From assembly GCA_047495785.1 (NCBI GenBank), contig JBLDXI010000007.1, forward strand, positions 1,736,001-1,800,000: a DNA stretch of 64,000 nucleotides, given 5' to 3'. The DNA is from Lepidodermella squamata. Its lineage: Eukaryota; Animalia; Gastrotricha. A model generated the notes under the pieces. The model saw nothing but the letters and a program-made list of their open reading frames with translations. It did not search any database and was not told the origin of the DNA. A program made the translations under genes and the position numbers. Within the stretch, counting starts at the first letter, position 1. Every line of letters starts with the position of its first letter. Shown in pieces: positions 34,768 to 45,592 of the stretch.

Positions 34768-35319
34768 GTTTCGGTGAGAAATTTATCAATCAATAGCAAA
34801 AGGAAAATGGGCTGCAGGTGTGGCAAAAAAAGCGGCAGTGCCCCCGGTATTTATGAGCGCTATTCAATGTCGGTGAAAACAGGCAAAAAAATCAATTCGT
34901 ATAGAGAAATGGTGCCTGTTAGCTGCTATGTTTACCAATAGCAAACATAGTATACCTACAGCATATACAGCATCTCTCCCTTTGTGATGTTTTTTTCGGC
35001 GTGGTGATGGATCACGCGGCAATTTTACTTTAAAAGAGGGGTTTAATTCATTCAGAGCGCACTCTGAGCGGATGCCTTTAGTAGCTAAATCTGGGTCATG
35101 GTTTTTGACCGACTTGCGGTTTCGAAAAAAATGACTGATAATGGAGTCTGAATTAAAAAAAACTATGTTTTATTCACTAGGCATAGTGATAAATTGTATC
35201 AGGTTATTGTGCAGAGAGAGATCATAGAGAATGAGAGAGCTGATGAAAATCTATGTTACACTTCGCAGTCATTCTGATTAGCAGACATTGCAGATTGCAA
35301 CTGAAGGCCTCAGTTCGGA

Positions 35320-38300
35320 TCAACCAGCCAATTCAATTTCGCATATAGGATACGCCTCAATCAGACTGCAACCTTGATCGTACCACTCGCTGGAATAGAC
35401 AGTGTCAAGATACCCGAAATAGACGCAGTCCGCCGTAGCTGAAGCTGACGGTTTGTTTGCCATGTAAAATGTAAAGGTAACAGGCGTTCCGGTATCCCAA
35501 GTCGTGAACATATCACTTGGATTGAGCCGTTGCAAGCCCAGGTGATAGCCGTACAACGAGGCCATCCATTTTGCTCCTTGACTCATTATTATGCTGTTAA
35601 TGTACAATTGTTCGGCTTCACTTTCAATTGTTAACAGGTGAGAATTAGTTTGCTGACAAATAGCCTTAGCTTCGGCGCGAAATCTTGGCAATTTGTATAT
35701 TACGTAGCAACTCCCTCCAAAGTAATAAGGACACCAGTTACTCATGTCCAAGCTGCAGATTCCATTAGCCTTGAAATCAAATTTTTGAGTAGTCCACTCA
35801 TAAGAGTCATTAGTTGGACTTATGGTTGCAAAAGGAATGGATGGGTTGTCAAAAACTTGGCCCTGTGCCCAATCGGTTTCGGGGCACATCGGGGGCGGGT
35901 CGCAATATTCAGGTGTAGTTTTGCTGTCCTGCCTCATGCAGAACGGCCCTTTCGGCATTCGAGCTATGTCGGGGTTCCTGCAGTATCGATGAAACACGTG
36001 TAGTTCAGGAAAGCTTTTTGCCGCTGAGTTGTATTCAGTCCCGTTCCACATAGCGCATAAAGCTCCACTTGACGTTTTCGTCATTCTTCCGTTGTATTCG
36101 CGACCAGGCGGCGTGAATCGACAATTTTGAGGGTAAGACTGAGATGTGGGAATTTCACACAGGATTCGATTGCTGACGTCCACTCCAAAATCCTGAAACT
36201 GGTTCTTCCCAGCACCACATAGCCACTCTCCGGAATTCAAACTCGGCGGCTCACTCCAAGGCCAAAGTTCATAGGCTGGCGACCCAGCAAGGTACAGCTT
36301 ATTAATTTGGGTCGTCCAATTCGCTGGATTCGGGTAGGTACTGGGGTTCATAGCGCCATAGTCCATGATGAAATTAGGGAAGCTAAAGCCCAAGTTAGCC
36401 AGCCGATCACTGGCGACAGTTATGAGTCGATACTTTTGGGATCCATCGATAGGGGCCGTCAAAATACCGCCCATTTCAGAGCAACGAGCATTTTGAAGCG
36501 TCGCGGGTAGAAAGTCGCCATAAGCTATCGTTAAACAACTGTCGTGATACCGCTGACCGAAAATGCAAGGGGCTTTGTCAATTTCAACCAAATCGTATAA
36601 CAACGTGCCAGCTTCGACTGCCCTTGATGTGAACAATGAGTTGTAGAACAGGCAGCAAGTGCCACCTGGCGTCAGAGGAGCGGGTCGAAATTGAAAGGTA
36701 ACGCATCTGCCACGCGTTGCCTTACACATATCGGAGCATCTCTGACTGGTAAGCACAGCAGCCGCGGTTCCACTGTAGCAGGTATTGACACTTGCGGAGT
36801 TTATTTTCGTATTCTCGCGCCGCGCTGCAGGCCGCCCTCGCACCTTTTCATAGTTCCAAGCATCAACATCACCTGATCCGCCCGGTGCGTTGGAAGAAGC
36901 CGACTTCAAAACGCAGTAGTTATCCCGTCGGTAGAACGTGAAAGCTACACAACTGTCGCGATAGACTCGATCGCAAAAGCTTTTTGCCGCTGAGTTGTAT
37001 TCAGTCCCGTTCCACATAGCGCATAAAGCTCCACTTGACGTTTTCGTCATTCTTCCGTTGTATTCGCGACCAGGCGGCGTGAATCGACAATTTTGAGGGT
37101 AAGACTGAGATGTGGGAATTTCACACAGGATTCGATTGCTGACGTCCACTCCAAAATCCTGAAACTGGTTCTTCCCAGCACCACATAGCCACTCTCCGGA
37201 ATTCAAACTCGGCGGCTCACTCCAAGGCCAAAGTTCATAGGCTGGCGACCCAGCAAGGTACAGCTTATTAATTTGGGTCGTCCAATTCGCTGGATTCGGG
37301 TAGGTACTGGGGTTCATAGCGCCATAGTCCATGATGAAATTAGGGAAGCTAAAGCCCAAGTTAGCCAGCCGATCACTGGCGACAGTTATGAGTCGATACT
37401 TTTGGGATCCATCGATAGGGGCCGTCAAAATACCGCCCATTTCAGAGCAACGAGCATTTTGAAGCGTCGCGGGTAGAAAGTCGCCATAAGCTATCGTTAA
37501 ACAACTGTCGTGATACCGCTGACCGAAAATGCAAGGGGCTTTGTCAATTTCAACCAAATCGTATAACAACGTGCCAGCTTCGACTGCCCTTGATGTGAAC
37601 AATGAGTTGTAGAACAGGCAGCAAGTGCCACCTGGCGTCAGAGGAGCGGGTCGAAATTGAAAGGTAACGCATCTGCCACGCGTTGCCTTACACATATCGG
37701 AGCATCTCTGACTGGTAAGCACAGCAGCCGCGGTTCCACTGTAGCAGGTATTGACACTTGCGGAGTTTATTTTCGTATTCTCGCGCCGCGCTGCAGGCCG
37801 CCCTCGCACCTTTTCATAGTTCCAAGCATCAACATCACCTGATCCGCCCGGTGCGTTGGAAGAAGCCGACTTCAAAACGCAGTAGTTATCCCGTCGGTAG
37901 AACGTGAAAGCTACACAACTGTCGCGATAGACTCGATCGCACTTATTAGCACATTCTTCGGGTCCTTTGACATTGGTCAACGTCACGAGATCTGTGCCAA
38001 CATTTCCCATGCGTTTGATGTAGCCTTTGATCTCTTGAACGGGCCTTGGCCAGACGTTGGCTGCGAAAGCTGCATAACCAGTCCACCATTTAGTCGTATT
38101 AGAAGGAGCGTTATTCCTGAGAATTTCGTACAACCGGCGTCGTTGATCGACATTTTGGAATGTGACTAGCTCTGATTGAAAGTTTTCGTCGCAAACCTTC
38201 CAAGAGTATTGCCGCCATAGCGTTTCATTTTGAAGAAGATAACACCGGTCGCTGTCGTTGTCAGCTATCCAACCGGGAGGGCAGAAGTGACTGCGATAGT

Positions 38301-38616
38301 ACATTTTGTGACCCTGCCCCAGGTCTAGCTTCAGTTTTGGAAGGGGCTTTCCAGAACCCGGATGGCTGTACAGCTTGCACAATCGTTTCAACTCGCTGTA
38401 CGCCAAACTACTGCAACTCGCATTTTTCATGCAGTGAGAGAAGCATTCTGTTTTTGAATTGATTTGCTGGTCAAAATATGGCGCCAACGTAGCTGGTAGC
38501 AAATTATCCAGCTCAGGCTTGCTGAGCCATTTCTCGAAAGTCATCTGCGACGATTGGCTAATGGCAGGAAATGTCGCGACATACCATATAGCGAAAAGCA
38601 AGGCATCAAAGCGCAT
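35320..38616 (-). CDS. Secreted PAN/CTLD/kringle protein (copy B, 1098 aa) with internal 322-aa duplication
   Basis: Paralogue of 29643-31988; residues equivalent to 226-547 occur twice. Confidence 0.85.
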   Translation of the reverse strand: MRFDALLFAIWYVATFPAISQSSQMTFEKWLSKPELDNLLPATLAPYFDQQINSKTECFSHCMKNASCSSLAYSELKRLCKLYSHPGSGKPLPKLKLDLGQGHKMYYRSHFCPPGWIADNDSDRCYLLQNETLWRQYSWKVCDENFQSELVTFQNVDQRRRLYEILRNNAPSNTTKWWTGYAAFAANVWPRPVQEIKGYIKRMGNVGTDLVTLTNVKGPEECANKCDRVYRDSCVAFTFYRRDNYCVLKSASSNAPGGSGDVDAWNYEKVRGRPAARRENTKINSASVNTCYSGTAAAVLTSQRCSDMCKATRGRCVTFQFRPAPLTPGGTCCLFYNSLFTSRAVEAGTLLYDLVEIDKAPCIFGQRYHDSCLTIAYGDFLPATLQNARCSEMGGILTAPIDGSQKYRLITVASDRLANLGFSFPNFIMDYGAMNPSTYPNPANWTTQINKLYLAGSPAYELWPWSEPPSLNSGEWLCGAGKNQFQDFGVDVSNRILCEIPTSQSYPQNCRFTPPGREYNGRMTKTSSGALCAMWNGTEYNSAAKSFCDRVYRDSCVAFTFYRRDNYCVLKSASSNAPGGSGDVDAWNYEKVRGRPAARRENTKINSASVNTCYSGTAAAVLTSQRCSDMCKATRGRCVTFQFRPAPLTPGGTCCLFYNSLFTSRAVEAGTLLYDLVEIDKAPCIFGQRYHDSCLTIAYGDFLPATLQNARCSEMGGILTAPIDGSQKYRLITVASDRLANLGFSFPNFIMDYGAMNPSTYPNPANWTTQINKLYLAGSPAYELWPWSEPPSLNSGEWLCGAGKNQFQDFGVDVSNRILCEIPTSQSYPQNCRFTPPGREYNGRMTKTSSGALCAMWNGTEYNSAAKSFPELHVFHRYCRNPDIARMPKGPFCMRQDSKTTPEYCDPPPMCPETDWAQGQVFDNPSIPFATISPTNDSYEWTTQKFDFKANGICSLDMSNWCPYYFGGSCYVIYKLPRFRAEAKAICQQTNSHLLTIESEAEQLYINSIIMSQGAKWMASLYGYHLGLQRLNPSDMFTTWDTGTPVTFTFYMANKPSASATADCVYFGYLDTVYSSEWYDQGCSLIEAYPICEIELAG
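36010..37941. repeat. 966-bp tandem duplication (36010-36975 / 36976-37941)
   Basis: No differences seen by eye; ORF-track features repeat at exactly +966 (36307/37273, 36691/37657). Confidence 0.92.
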
Positions 38617-39046
38617 TATTTATGGTCGCTTTTCTCAGTATGTTAAATCATAATGATAAGGTTCATCGTGTATCGCTGCGCGCAATGTTGACTCGCCCTC
38701 TTTCCATAACGACGACTGCGCGTCTAGACGATTAGCACGTTGTCAGTCATATTTTGGTGTCGAAATTTCCTAAAGCTCCCCCCAGATTTCCTAAAGCGTG
38801 AATATGCGATGAACTGTGACGATCGAACCGACTACAAAATCAATTTTAACCCTGAATACAGCTTGCACCCATATGTATATAGCCCCATCAGTATAATCTT
38901 AATGTTGTGATGATAACTGATAATTGGCTTGTGACACCTAAAAACTCTCTCAAAAAGAGACGAAGACTTCTGAACTACTTTTTATTTGATCTTCATCAAA
39001 GTGGTTACAGAAATTTTATTCAGGAGTTGAAATCGTCCTGATTGGT

Positions 39047-39694
39047 TTAGAAAGGAGTGGCCGGGCGGGTGGCAAGGTAAGCCTTGAGGCCAGCGTTGTC
39101 CAAGACAGACTTGGCAATAGCATGGATGGTGGGGAACTTGGCCGAGAAGGCGTCAATCTCTTCCTTTGTCTTGTTGTTGTGTGCGTTGTCAAGGATGAGG
39201 CCGAGGGTGACGTCGGCATAGGTGATGGCCTCGTCGCTGGCGACGCTCTTGCCGTTGTGGGCCTTGGCCTTGGCCTCCAGGAAGGTGAAGATGCGGTGGG
39301 CGATCTGCTTGGCAGCCTCGGTCAGCTCGGCCTTCTTGGCGGCGTCCTTCTCGAAGAAAGCCTTCATGCCAGCCTCCAGCACCTCCTTGGCAGCCTCGAA
39401 GGCCTCGTCAGCGCGGGCGGTTTCCTTCGGGGTCTTGCCGTTGAGGCCGTGCCATGAGGCGATAGCGCGGACAATGCTGGCGCTCTGGGTCATGTGCTCG
39501 CTGGTGCCATCGGGCTTGTGGATCTCGATGACGGGCAGCTGGCCAAGGGGGAAGTTGGCCTTGATCGCCGGCCATTCCTCCATGGTGTAGCGCTTGTCGG
39601 TGTATTCACGACCAACATAGGCCAACAGGAAGCGGGCCAACTCAGCACGGCCACGGCCGTTGAAGTAGTGCAGGGTGATTTTGTGATCAGCCAT
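39047..39694 (-). CDS. GST sigma-like (GST-11), intronless, strongly GC3-biased
   Basis: Likely start MADHKITLHYFNGRGRAE at 39694 with TATAAA at ~39782-39787; the longer upstream ORF extension is probably spurious. Confidence 0.95.
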   Translation of the reverse strand: MADHKITLHYFNGRGRAELARFLLAYVGREYTDKRYTMEEWPAIKANFPLGQLPVIEIHKPDGTSEHMTQSASIVRAIASWHGLNGKTPKETARADEAFEAAKEVLEAGMKAFFEKDAAKKAELTEAAKQIAHRIFTFLEAKAKAHNGKSVASDEAITYADVTLGLILDNAHNNKTKEEIDAFSAKFPTIHAIAKSVLDNAGLKAYLATRPATPF

Positions 39695-41359
39695 TGCGTT
39701 GCGGGATGAAGTCTTTATTGCGAGAAGTATTAGTCGAAATGCGAATTCAGAGACACTGGTCTTCAACCCCGAACTAGCTGGTTTATAAAGGCTTGGGAAG
39801 TCGGTCGAAAAAGATAAGGAACGGAAAAAAACGGTGTGTAAACAAGCCGCTATCACCGCTGTATGGCATGACCGGCAAATTTCCAGCTCAACCGGCCGAC
39901 GTAGCATAGCAAATAACACGACCCACTTATTTGCATAATGATAACTAGGAAACTTCTCGAAAGCATAGCCTTGCAATCTCTAGAGTGAAAGTTGTGACCA
40001 TCCGAGATAGTGACCCCTTCTTCCTTTTTGACCTGATATGACGTGGCGAAATCGAGGAACGGGCATCTCGAAAATTTCTGAAAGGGTTGGACCTGAGCCA
40101 AAAGATGAAGTCTAATGAAATTTTGTGACGTTCCTAGCTAAGCCTTATTTTTTAAATTGTTGTCGGATTTTTCAAACTATTACTGAAATTATAGTATTAC
40201 AACATCCCGACATCTTCTGGAAGAATTTCAATAGCCTGAAGAATTCGAAAAATTTGGAAGCATTTTTGACTGTCAACTGCAGTCTCAATAGCGTGAATCA
40301 TTGATTGGACTTTGACCTTGCAAATCCCGGCCTGCAATATATATCGTAAAGCCGGGATCCTTTAAATTTCGGATGTCTATTTGCGAGATGACCGGAAATG
40401 ATCTTTATTTATACCCAAAAAGTGTCCACAATTACTGCAAAATATTTCAAATTGACAACAGTTAGTTATTATAGTTAAAATTGCTAAAATGTGCAGTCCG
40501 ACCAAATATCGTCTACACTTTGGTCTAAAATATCTCCTGTTAACTGTACAATAACCAAATGTAGGATGAGCGGAAACATATATTTTGGAATATTTGTTTG
40601 GCCTTGGCCTAAAGCCACTTTTCAGTATTTCTAAAGCTTTTATTTTTAGATTATCGTAATTGGAAATGAATTATTTTTAAATTCTGCTTACAATTATGTG
40701 CAAGGCGTAGCGTTCACCTTAGAAATCATACATCGCCGCAAAATTCTTGAAATTTTTGAAATTAAAATAAGGAACAACATTGAGCTTGGTTCCGCAAAAG
40801 CAAATTGGGTTCTAAATCCCGTAAATTGGGTTCCGCTAAAAGATATCAGTATTTCCTGACTCAAACCCGACGTTTAGCTTGGAAAGCAATGCTTCTACTC
40901 GAATATTCTACTCGATTGGGATAAAATTAAAGTTTAATTGCTGTTGAATCAATCTGCAGAAAATATTCTTTCGCAATTTAGTTGAGCTCGTCGAACCATT
41001 CCTGAAACCTCCAGGTCCATTCCAGGAACCAAAAGGGATGTTGATTCCAAGAATAATTACGCGAGAACCCTTTTTTTAGAAATATTCAGAAATTTCGTAA
41101 AATCGGAAATTCGTTCTGAGTTCTGAATCTTACTCTGACGCTTCTGTATAATAAAATTATTGACATGATTTCGATGTTGATGTGATGATAGTTTATTTCA
41201 AGTTTGAAGGTGAAAGTGTCGATTAACGTAAGATAATAAAGGCTGATGGGTTCCTGCGAGCAATCTTAATAACGGCAGTCAACATTATTACATATTGGAT
41301 TATTATCAGAGATTTCAGGTTATTTGAGTCAGTAAATCGTTTTTTCCTGATCGTATCGT

Positions 41360-42173
41360 TTAGAACTCCGTGACAGGACGTTTAGCAATATAAGCCTATA
41401 ATTTATAAATAAAATCATTGTTGAAAAAACCGGAGGAAAGTAATCGCAGACCTTAACACCAGGATTATCCAGAACAGCCTTGGCGATGGCAGTCATCGTT
41501 GGGAAATGTTTTTCAAGCATTTCCAGCTTCTCCTTCATCGGTTTCGTGTGATCATAAACCATGGCAATGCCAATATCGGCATAGGTGTGCTATATAAAAT
41601 GAAGGAATTATGAACATTCTCTGATGCAACACGACCACGACACTCACCCCTGACCCTCCAGCAACGTTCTTGCCGCCATTTTCCAAGGCCTTTTTCTCAA
41701 GGTAGCCAAAAATTCGCGGCATGAGATCAGTCGCCATTTTCTTCTCCATTTCTTCCTTCTTAGCAGCGTCCTTTTCGAAATGTAGCTGAGCGCCAAATTC
41801 CATAACTTCCCTTAGACTCTCGAAAGCTTCATCAGCACGAGCTTGTTCTTCCAAAGTTTTCCCATTCAATCCATACATCGTAGCCAAAGTTCGGGCAAGG
41901 GTTGCGCTCTGGGCTAGCATCACCGATTTTCCATCTTTGTTCGTGAATTCTATAACAGGCAGTTGCCCTAGAGGCGCTTGAGGTTTGAAAGCTGGCCAGT
42001 CTTCCTTCGTGTAACGCTGATCTTTAAACTCCTTCCCAGCATAAGATAGAATGAGTCGGGAGAGTTCAGCTCGACCTAAAGCATGATCATATTCTGACGA
42101 TTTATTTTCAAACAATGAAATGCTCACCTTTTCCGTTGAAATAGTGAACAGTGATTTTGCTATCCTTATCCAT
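41360..42173 (-). CDS. GST sigma-like (GST-12), 4 exons
   Basis: MDKDSKITVHYFNGK|GRAELSR...GGSG|HTYADI...PGVK|AYIAKRPVTEF*; introns ~42077-42127, ~41590-41647, ~41397-41451. Confidence 0.9.
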
Positions 42174-42602
42174 GTTTCAGCGTGTCCAAAAGTGAACTTG
42201 CAAGGTACAAGAAGAAATGCGAGAAATGGGTCGAAAAAAGCGCGGTGTGTAGACTGCGAAATAAATTCTAGCCTGACGTGCTGAGGGAAAAAAAATGCGA
42301 CGGAAATCGATTTCCGGCGTCGTGTGTGTGCGCGCCTAGGCACGCAGTAATAGCTCTCAGTAGCGTTATTTCGCGCGGGTTTATCGATGATTTTTATATC
42401 GCAGCAAACAGCTGAACACGCAAACACGCTGTATAGGGTAGTGAATAAATTAAATTATAAATAAAGCAGCGAAAAACTCCTTCACCTATACGCAGGCAAA
42501 TAATCATAAGTCGTGGCTGATTCTCTTGACATATTTTTCAATTATACAAGTTTATTGTGGTTCAAGTTAAACAAGTCAGGACATTAAAATTAAGTGTATT
42601 GC

Positions 42603-43355
42603 TTAAAATGCTGTGTCTGGTCGTTTAGCAAGGTACTCCTGTTAAAAAAATAATAAAAAAATTGATTTAAATTTAGCAATTTTTACGCGAATTTCTGGCG
42701 TTTCCATCACACGTTTCGCGATTGAAAAAAGTGTTGGATAAACCCGCTCAATTTTATCCATGCCGTCCACATTTGAAGCATTCAGAGTATCGAAAAGCAG
42801 GGCTAGAGTTAGATCCGCATACGTGAACTAAAATTAAAATTTTAATAATTAAATTGATTTTTTTTCAAATTTTCTCACCCCTTCTCCGCCAGCTAAATTT
42901 TTCCCAAAATTTTCCTTAGCTAGCCGTTCAAGATAGGCGAAAATCGGTGGCATTATAACTTTTTGAATGTGGTTCAGCATTTTGTTGCGTAATGATGGAT
43001 TTTTTTCGAAAACAGCCTTCGCGCCAATGTCCATGATTTCTCGTAAGCACTCGAAGGCCTCATCAGCCCTAGCCCGTTGTTCGAAATCTTTACCGCCCAA
43101 ATTGAACAGGACCGCCAGTTGTCGAGCCATTGTCGCAGGTTGGCATAACGTCGCAGTTTTTCCGCTTTGCTTGTTCTTAAATTCAATGAAAGGAAGCTCG
43201 CCAATAGGCGCTTGAGGTCGAAAAGCTGGCCAGTCTGCATTAGCAATACGGTGGTCTTCGAATTCTTTCTTAGCGAAGGTCAAGATCCATCTGACCAACT
43301 CAGCTCTGCCCCTTGCGTTGAAGTAGTGAACCGTAACCTCGCTATCTTTCTCCAT
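42603..43355 (-). CDS. GST sigma-like (GST-13), 3 coding exons
   Basis: MEKDSEVTVHYFNARGRAE...GGEG|FTYADL...PEIR|EYLAKRPDTAF*; probable 5'UTR intron ~43368-43420. Confidence 0.9.
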
Positions 43356-43547
43356 TATTGCCACGAGCTAAAATTAAGTGCTTAATTATTGCGCACTTTA
43401 AAGTCACCAAAAAATCACACCTTCACGGTCGAATAAAAGAAAAGGTGAGAAGCTGCGAATTTATTGCTTTATCATCGATTTTAATCAACCAAAAATAATA
43501 TGAATAATCAAGGCCGAATAAGGTCAAGCAATAACTTCAAATTGACT

Positions 43548-44249
43548 TCAGAATCGCGTATTGTTGTCTCGCGTGGCCAAATAAGCAGCAATATCCGGGG
43601 ATGTATTGATAGACTTAGCCAAGGCAGCAAGGTGAGGATATTTTTCGGTCATAACAGCCTGGTCAAGCATTTTGTCATGAGGGATGGCATCGTAAAATTG
43701 GGCGAGATACAAATCCGGATAAGCAACCTGCAAGCAGAATTTCAGCATTTAAAATTCAATCAAATAGGTTCAACTAACAGTATCTCCTCCAATCAGGCTT
43801 TTCCCGCCATTTTCGATCAGACGATGCTCCAGGAACCCGAAAATAAGTGGGATCAACATTTCAGTCAATTGCTTATGAAGCGCAGCCTTCTGTTCCGCGT
43901 CCTTCTCCCAGAAGACCCGGGCCATAAAGTCGACAACCTCACGAATGCTTTCGAAGGCCTCATCAGCGTGAGCCGTTTCTTCCGGACATTTGCCGGCCAA
44001 TCCAGTGGCCTGGGCAACGAAGCGCACAATGGCACCACTCTGCGCGAGCTTACCTCGCTTGCCGTCTTTCCTAGTGAACTCGAGAACAGGAACCCGGCGT
44101 AGATCTGTGTTTTTCACCTCATGCGTTGGCCATTGGTCGAAGGGTATACGGTTATCAGTATAGGGCGTCTTGCTGTAGATGAACAGGTATCGAATCGGCT
44201 CACCGCGGCCTCGGCCGTGAAAATAATGGAGAATAAAATTAGTCGCCAT
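43548..44249 (-). CDS. GST sigma-like (GST-14), 2 coding exons
   Basis: FILHYFHGRGRGE...AQSGAI...GGDT|VAYPDL...TRDNNTRF*. Confidence 0.9.
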
Positions 44250-44436
44250 TCTAAGAAGAAGTCAACAAAAAATTAACGAAATTCACGAAAATATTATCGT
44301 ATAGCAAGATTTTTTCATTCATTACTGACTCGTGGCTTACAACTGGTAAAGAAAAAACGCCACTTCAAAAATCTTGCTTGTGGGTTTCTTCTTATATGCA
44401 AGCAATATCGTGCTTGGCTCGTCAACATGCGCCGTA

Positions 44437-45136
44437 TTAAAACGGAGTGTTGTTGTCACGAGTGGCGATGTAGGCTGAAATTTCAGGCGACTCGTTAATA
44501 GCCTTGGCCAGAGCAGTTAATCCTGGAAACTTTTCCCAAGTCTTCTGGGCATCTAAAATTTTGTCCCGCGGTATAGCGTCGTAAATTTGCGCCAAGAAAG
44601 CATCGGCATAGGTGTACTGAAAATCCACAAAAACTCATGACTTTCCAGAAAAAAGAATGATGAAGGTGACTTACCCCGTCACCACCGGCAAGATTTCTAC
44701 CGCCGGTCTCTTTGAGGCGACGTTCCAAGAACCCGAAAATGCGAGGAATTACTTCGTCCGTAAGCTGCGTTAACAACTTGGCCTTCTTCTCCGCGTCGCT
44801 TTCAATGAAAACCTTCCCGAAGAAATCCAAAAGTTCTCGTAGGCTTTCGAAGGCTTCATCCGCTTTAACTGTCTCTTCGAGCGACTTTCCAGCCATACCA
44901 GTTACTCGGCCAACGTAGCGGGCAATGGCTCCGCTTTGAATAATGTGTATCGTTTTGCCGTCCTTATTGACCTCGAGTGAAGGAACTTGCCCCAATGGCA
45001 TTGTAGCCTTGATTGTGTTGATCCATTCATCGCGCTCGAAACGATGGTCAGTGTAGGGAGTCTTGCTCATGACGAACATGTATCGAATGACTTCAGCTCG
45101 GCCACGAGCGTTAAAGTAATGTACAGTGTAGGACAT
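44437..45136 (-). CDS. GST sigma-like (GST-15), 2 exons
   Basis: MSYTVHYFNARGRAE...MPLGQVP...GGDG|YTYADA...TRDNNTPF*. Confidence 0.92.
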
Positions 45137-45592
45137 TTTACAAGCACTTAGCTTTTGTGGGCTCAATTCTGCATATAATGAAACTCTATTAGCTTTCAAA
45201 AACGCATCGCTCGGTCCGATAACTTTTTTATCTGGTCATTATTGTAGATAAGGTAGAATATCGGTCAGTATGTTCACTCGCTGTAAATGATCTTGACTGG
45301 AGTATTAAAAGCCCACGTTAACGGACTTTATATTGCCCTGGTCTTTGACAATTAAAGTCTCGAAAGTGATCAGAAAGCGGAAGGGAAATGTGATAGTGTT
45401 ATTCACGCATGCATTCAAATATCTCGGAAATTCTTTTGAAAGCAAGAGAGAAGAATAGTTCCGACTAAGGACGTTCCTTGTCTGAGTCACTGAAATTGTT
45501 GTTCGCTGCAAGTTAGCTTCATATGTCCACATACTCTTCTCGATTCGTTTTGAATTTCTGATAAGCTTCTCTGCAAGATCGAACAGAACGCC

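Larger units (their letters stand above)
27630..39067. repeat. ~5.7-kb tandem segmental duplication (unit A ~27630-33314; unit B ~33324-39067), each with one GST and one PAN/CTLD/kringle gene
   Basis: Near-identical intergenic sequence at 27631ff vs 33323ff, paralogous GST-9/GST-10 and lectin genes, and a copy of the GST-11 3' end at ~33200-33314. Confidence 0.9.

Noticed and set aside
39695-39976. N-terminal extensions of GST-11 (also the raw ORFs of GST-12, GST-15 and GPCR-3)
   Set aside because: The extensions run through TATA/promoter or intron sequence and start at non-ATG codons; paralogue alignment fixes the true starts.
43356-44436. Operon or trans-splicing for GST-13/14/15 (spacers under 200 bp, AG acceptors just before the ATGs)
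   Set aside because: Matching GT donors lie ~50-90 bp upstream and a TATA-like box precedes GST-14, so ordinary 5'UTR introns explain the pattern.
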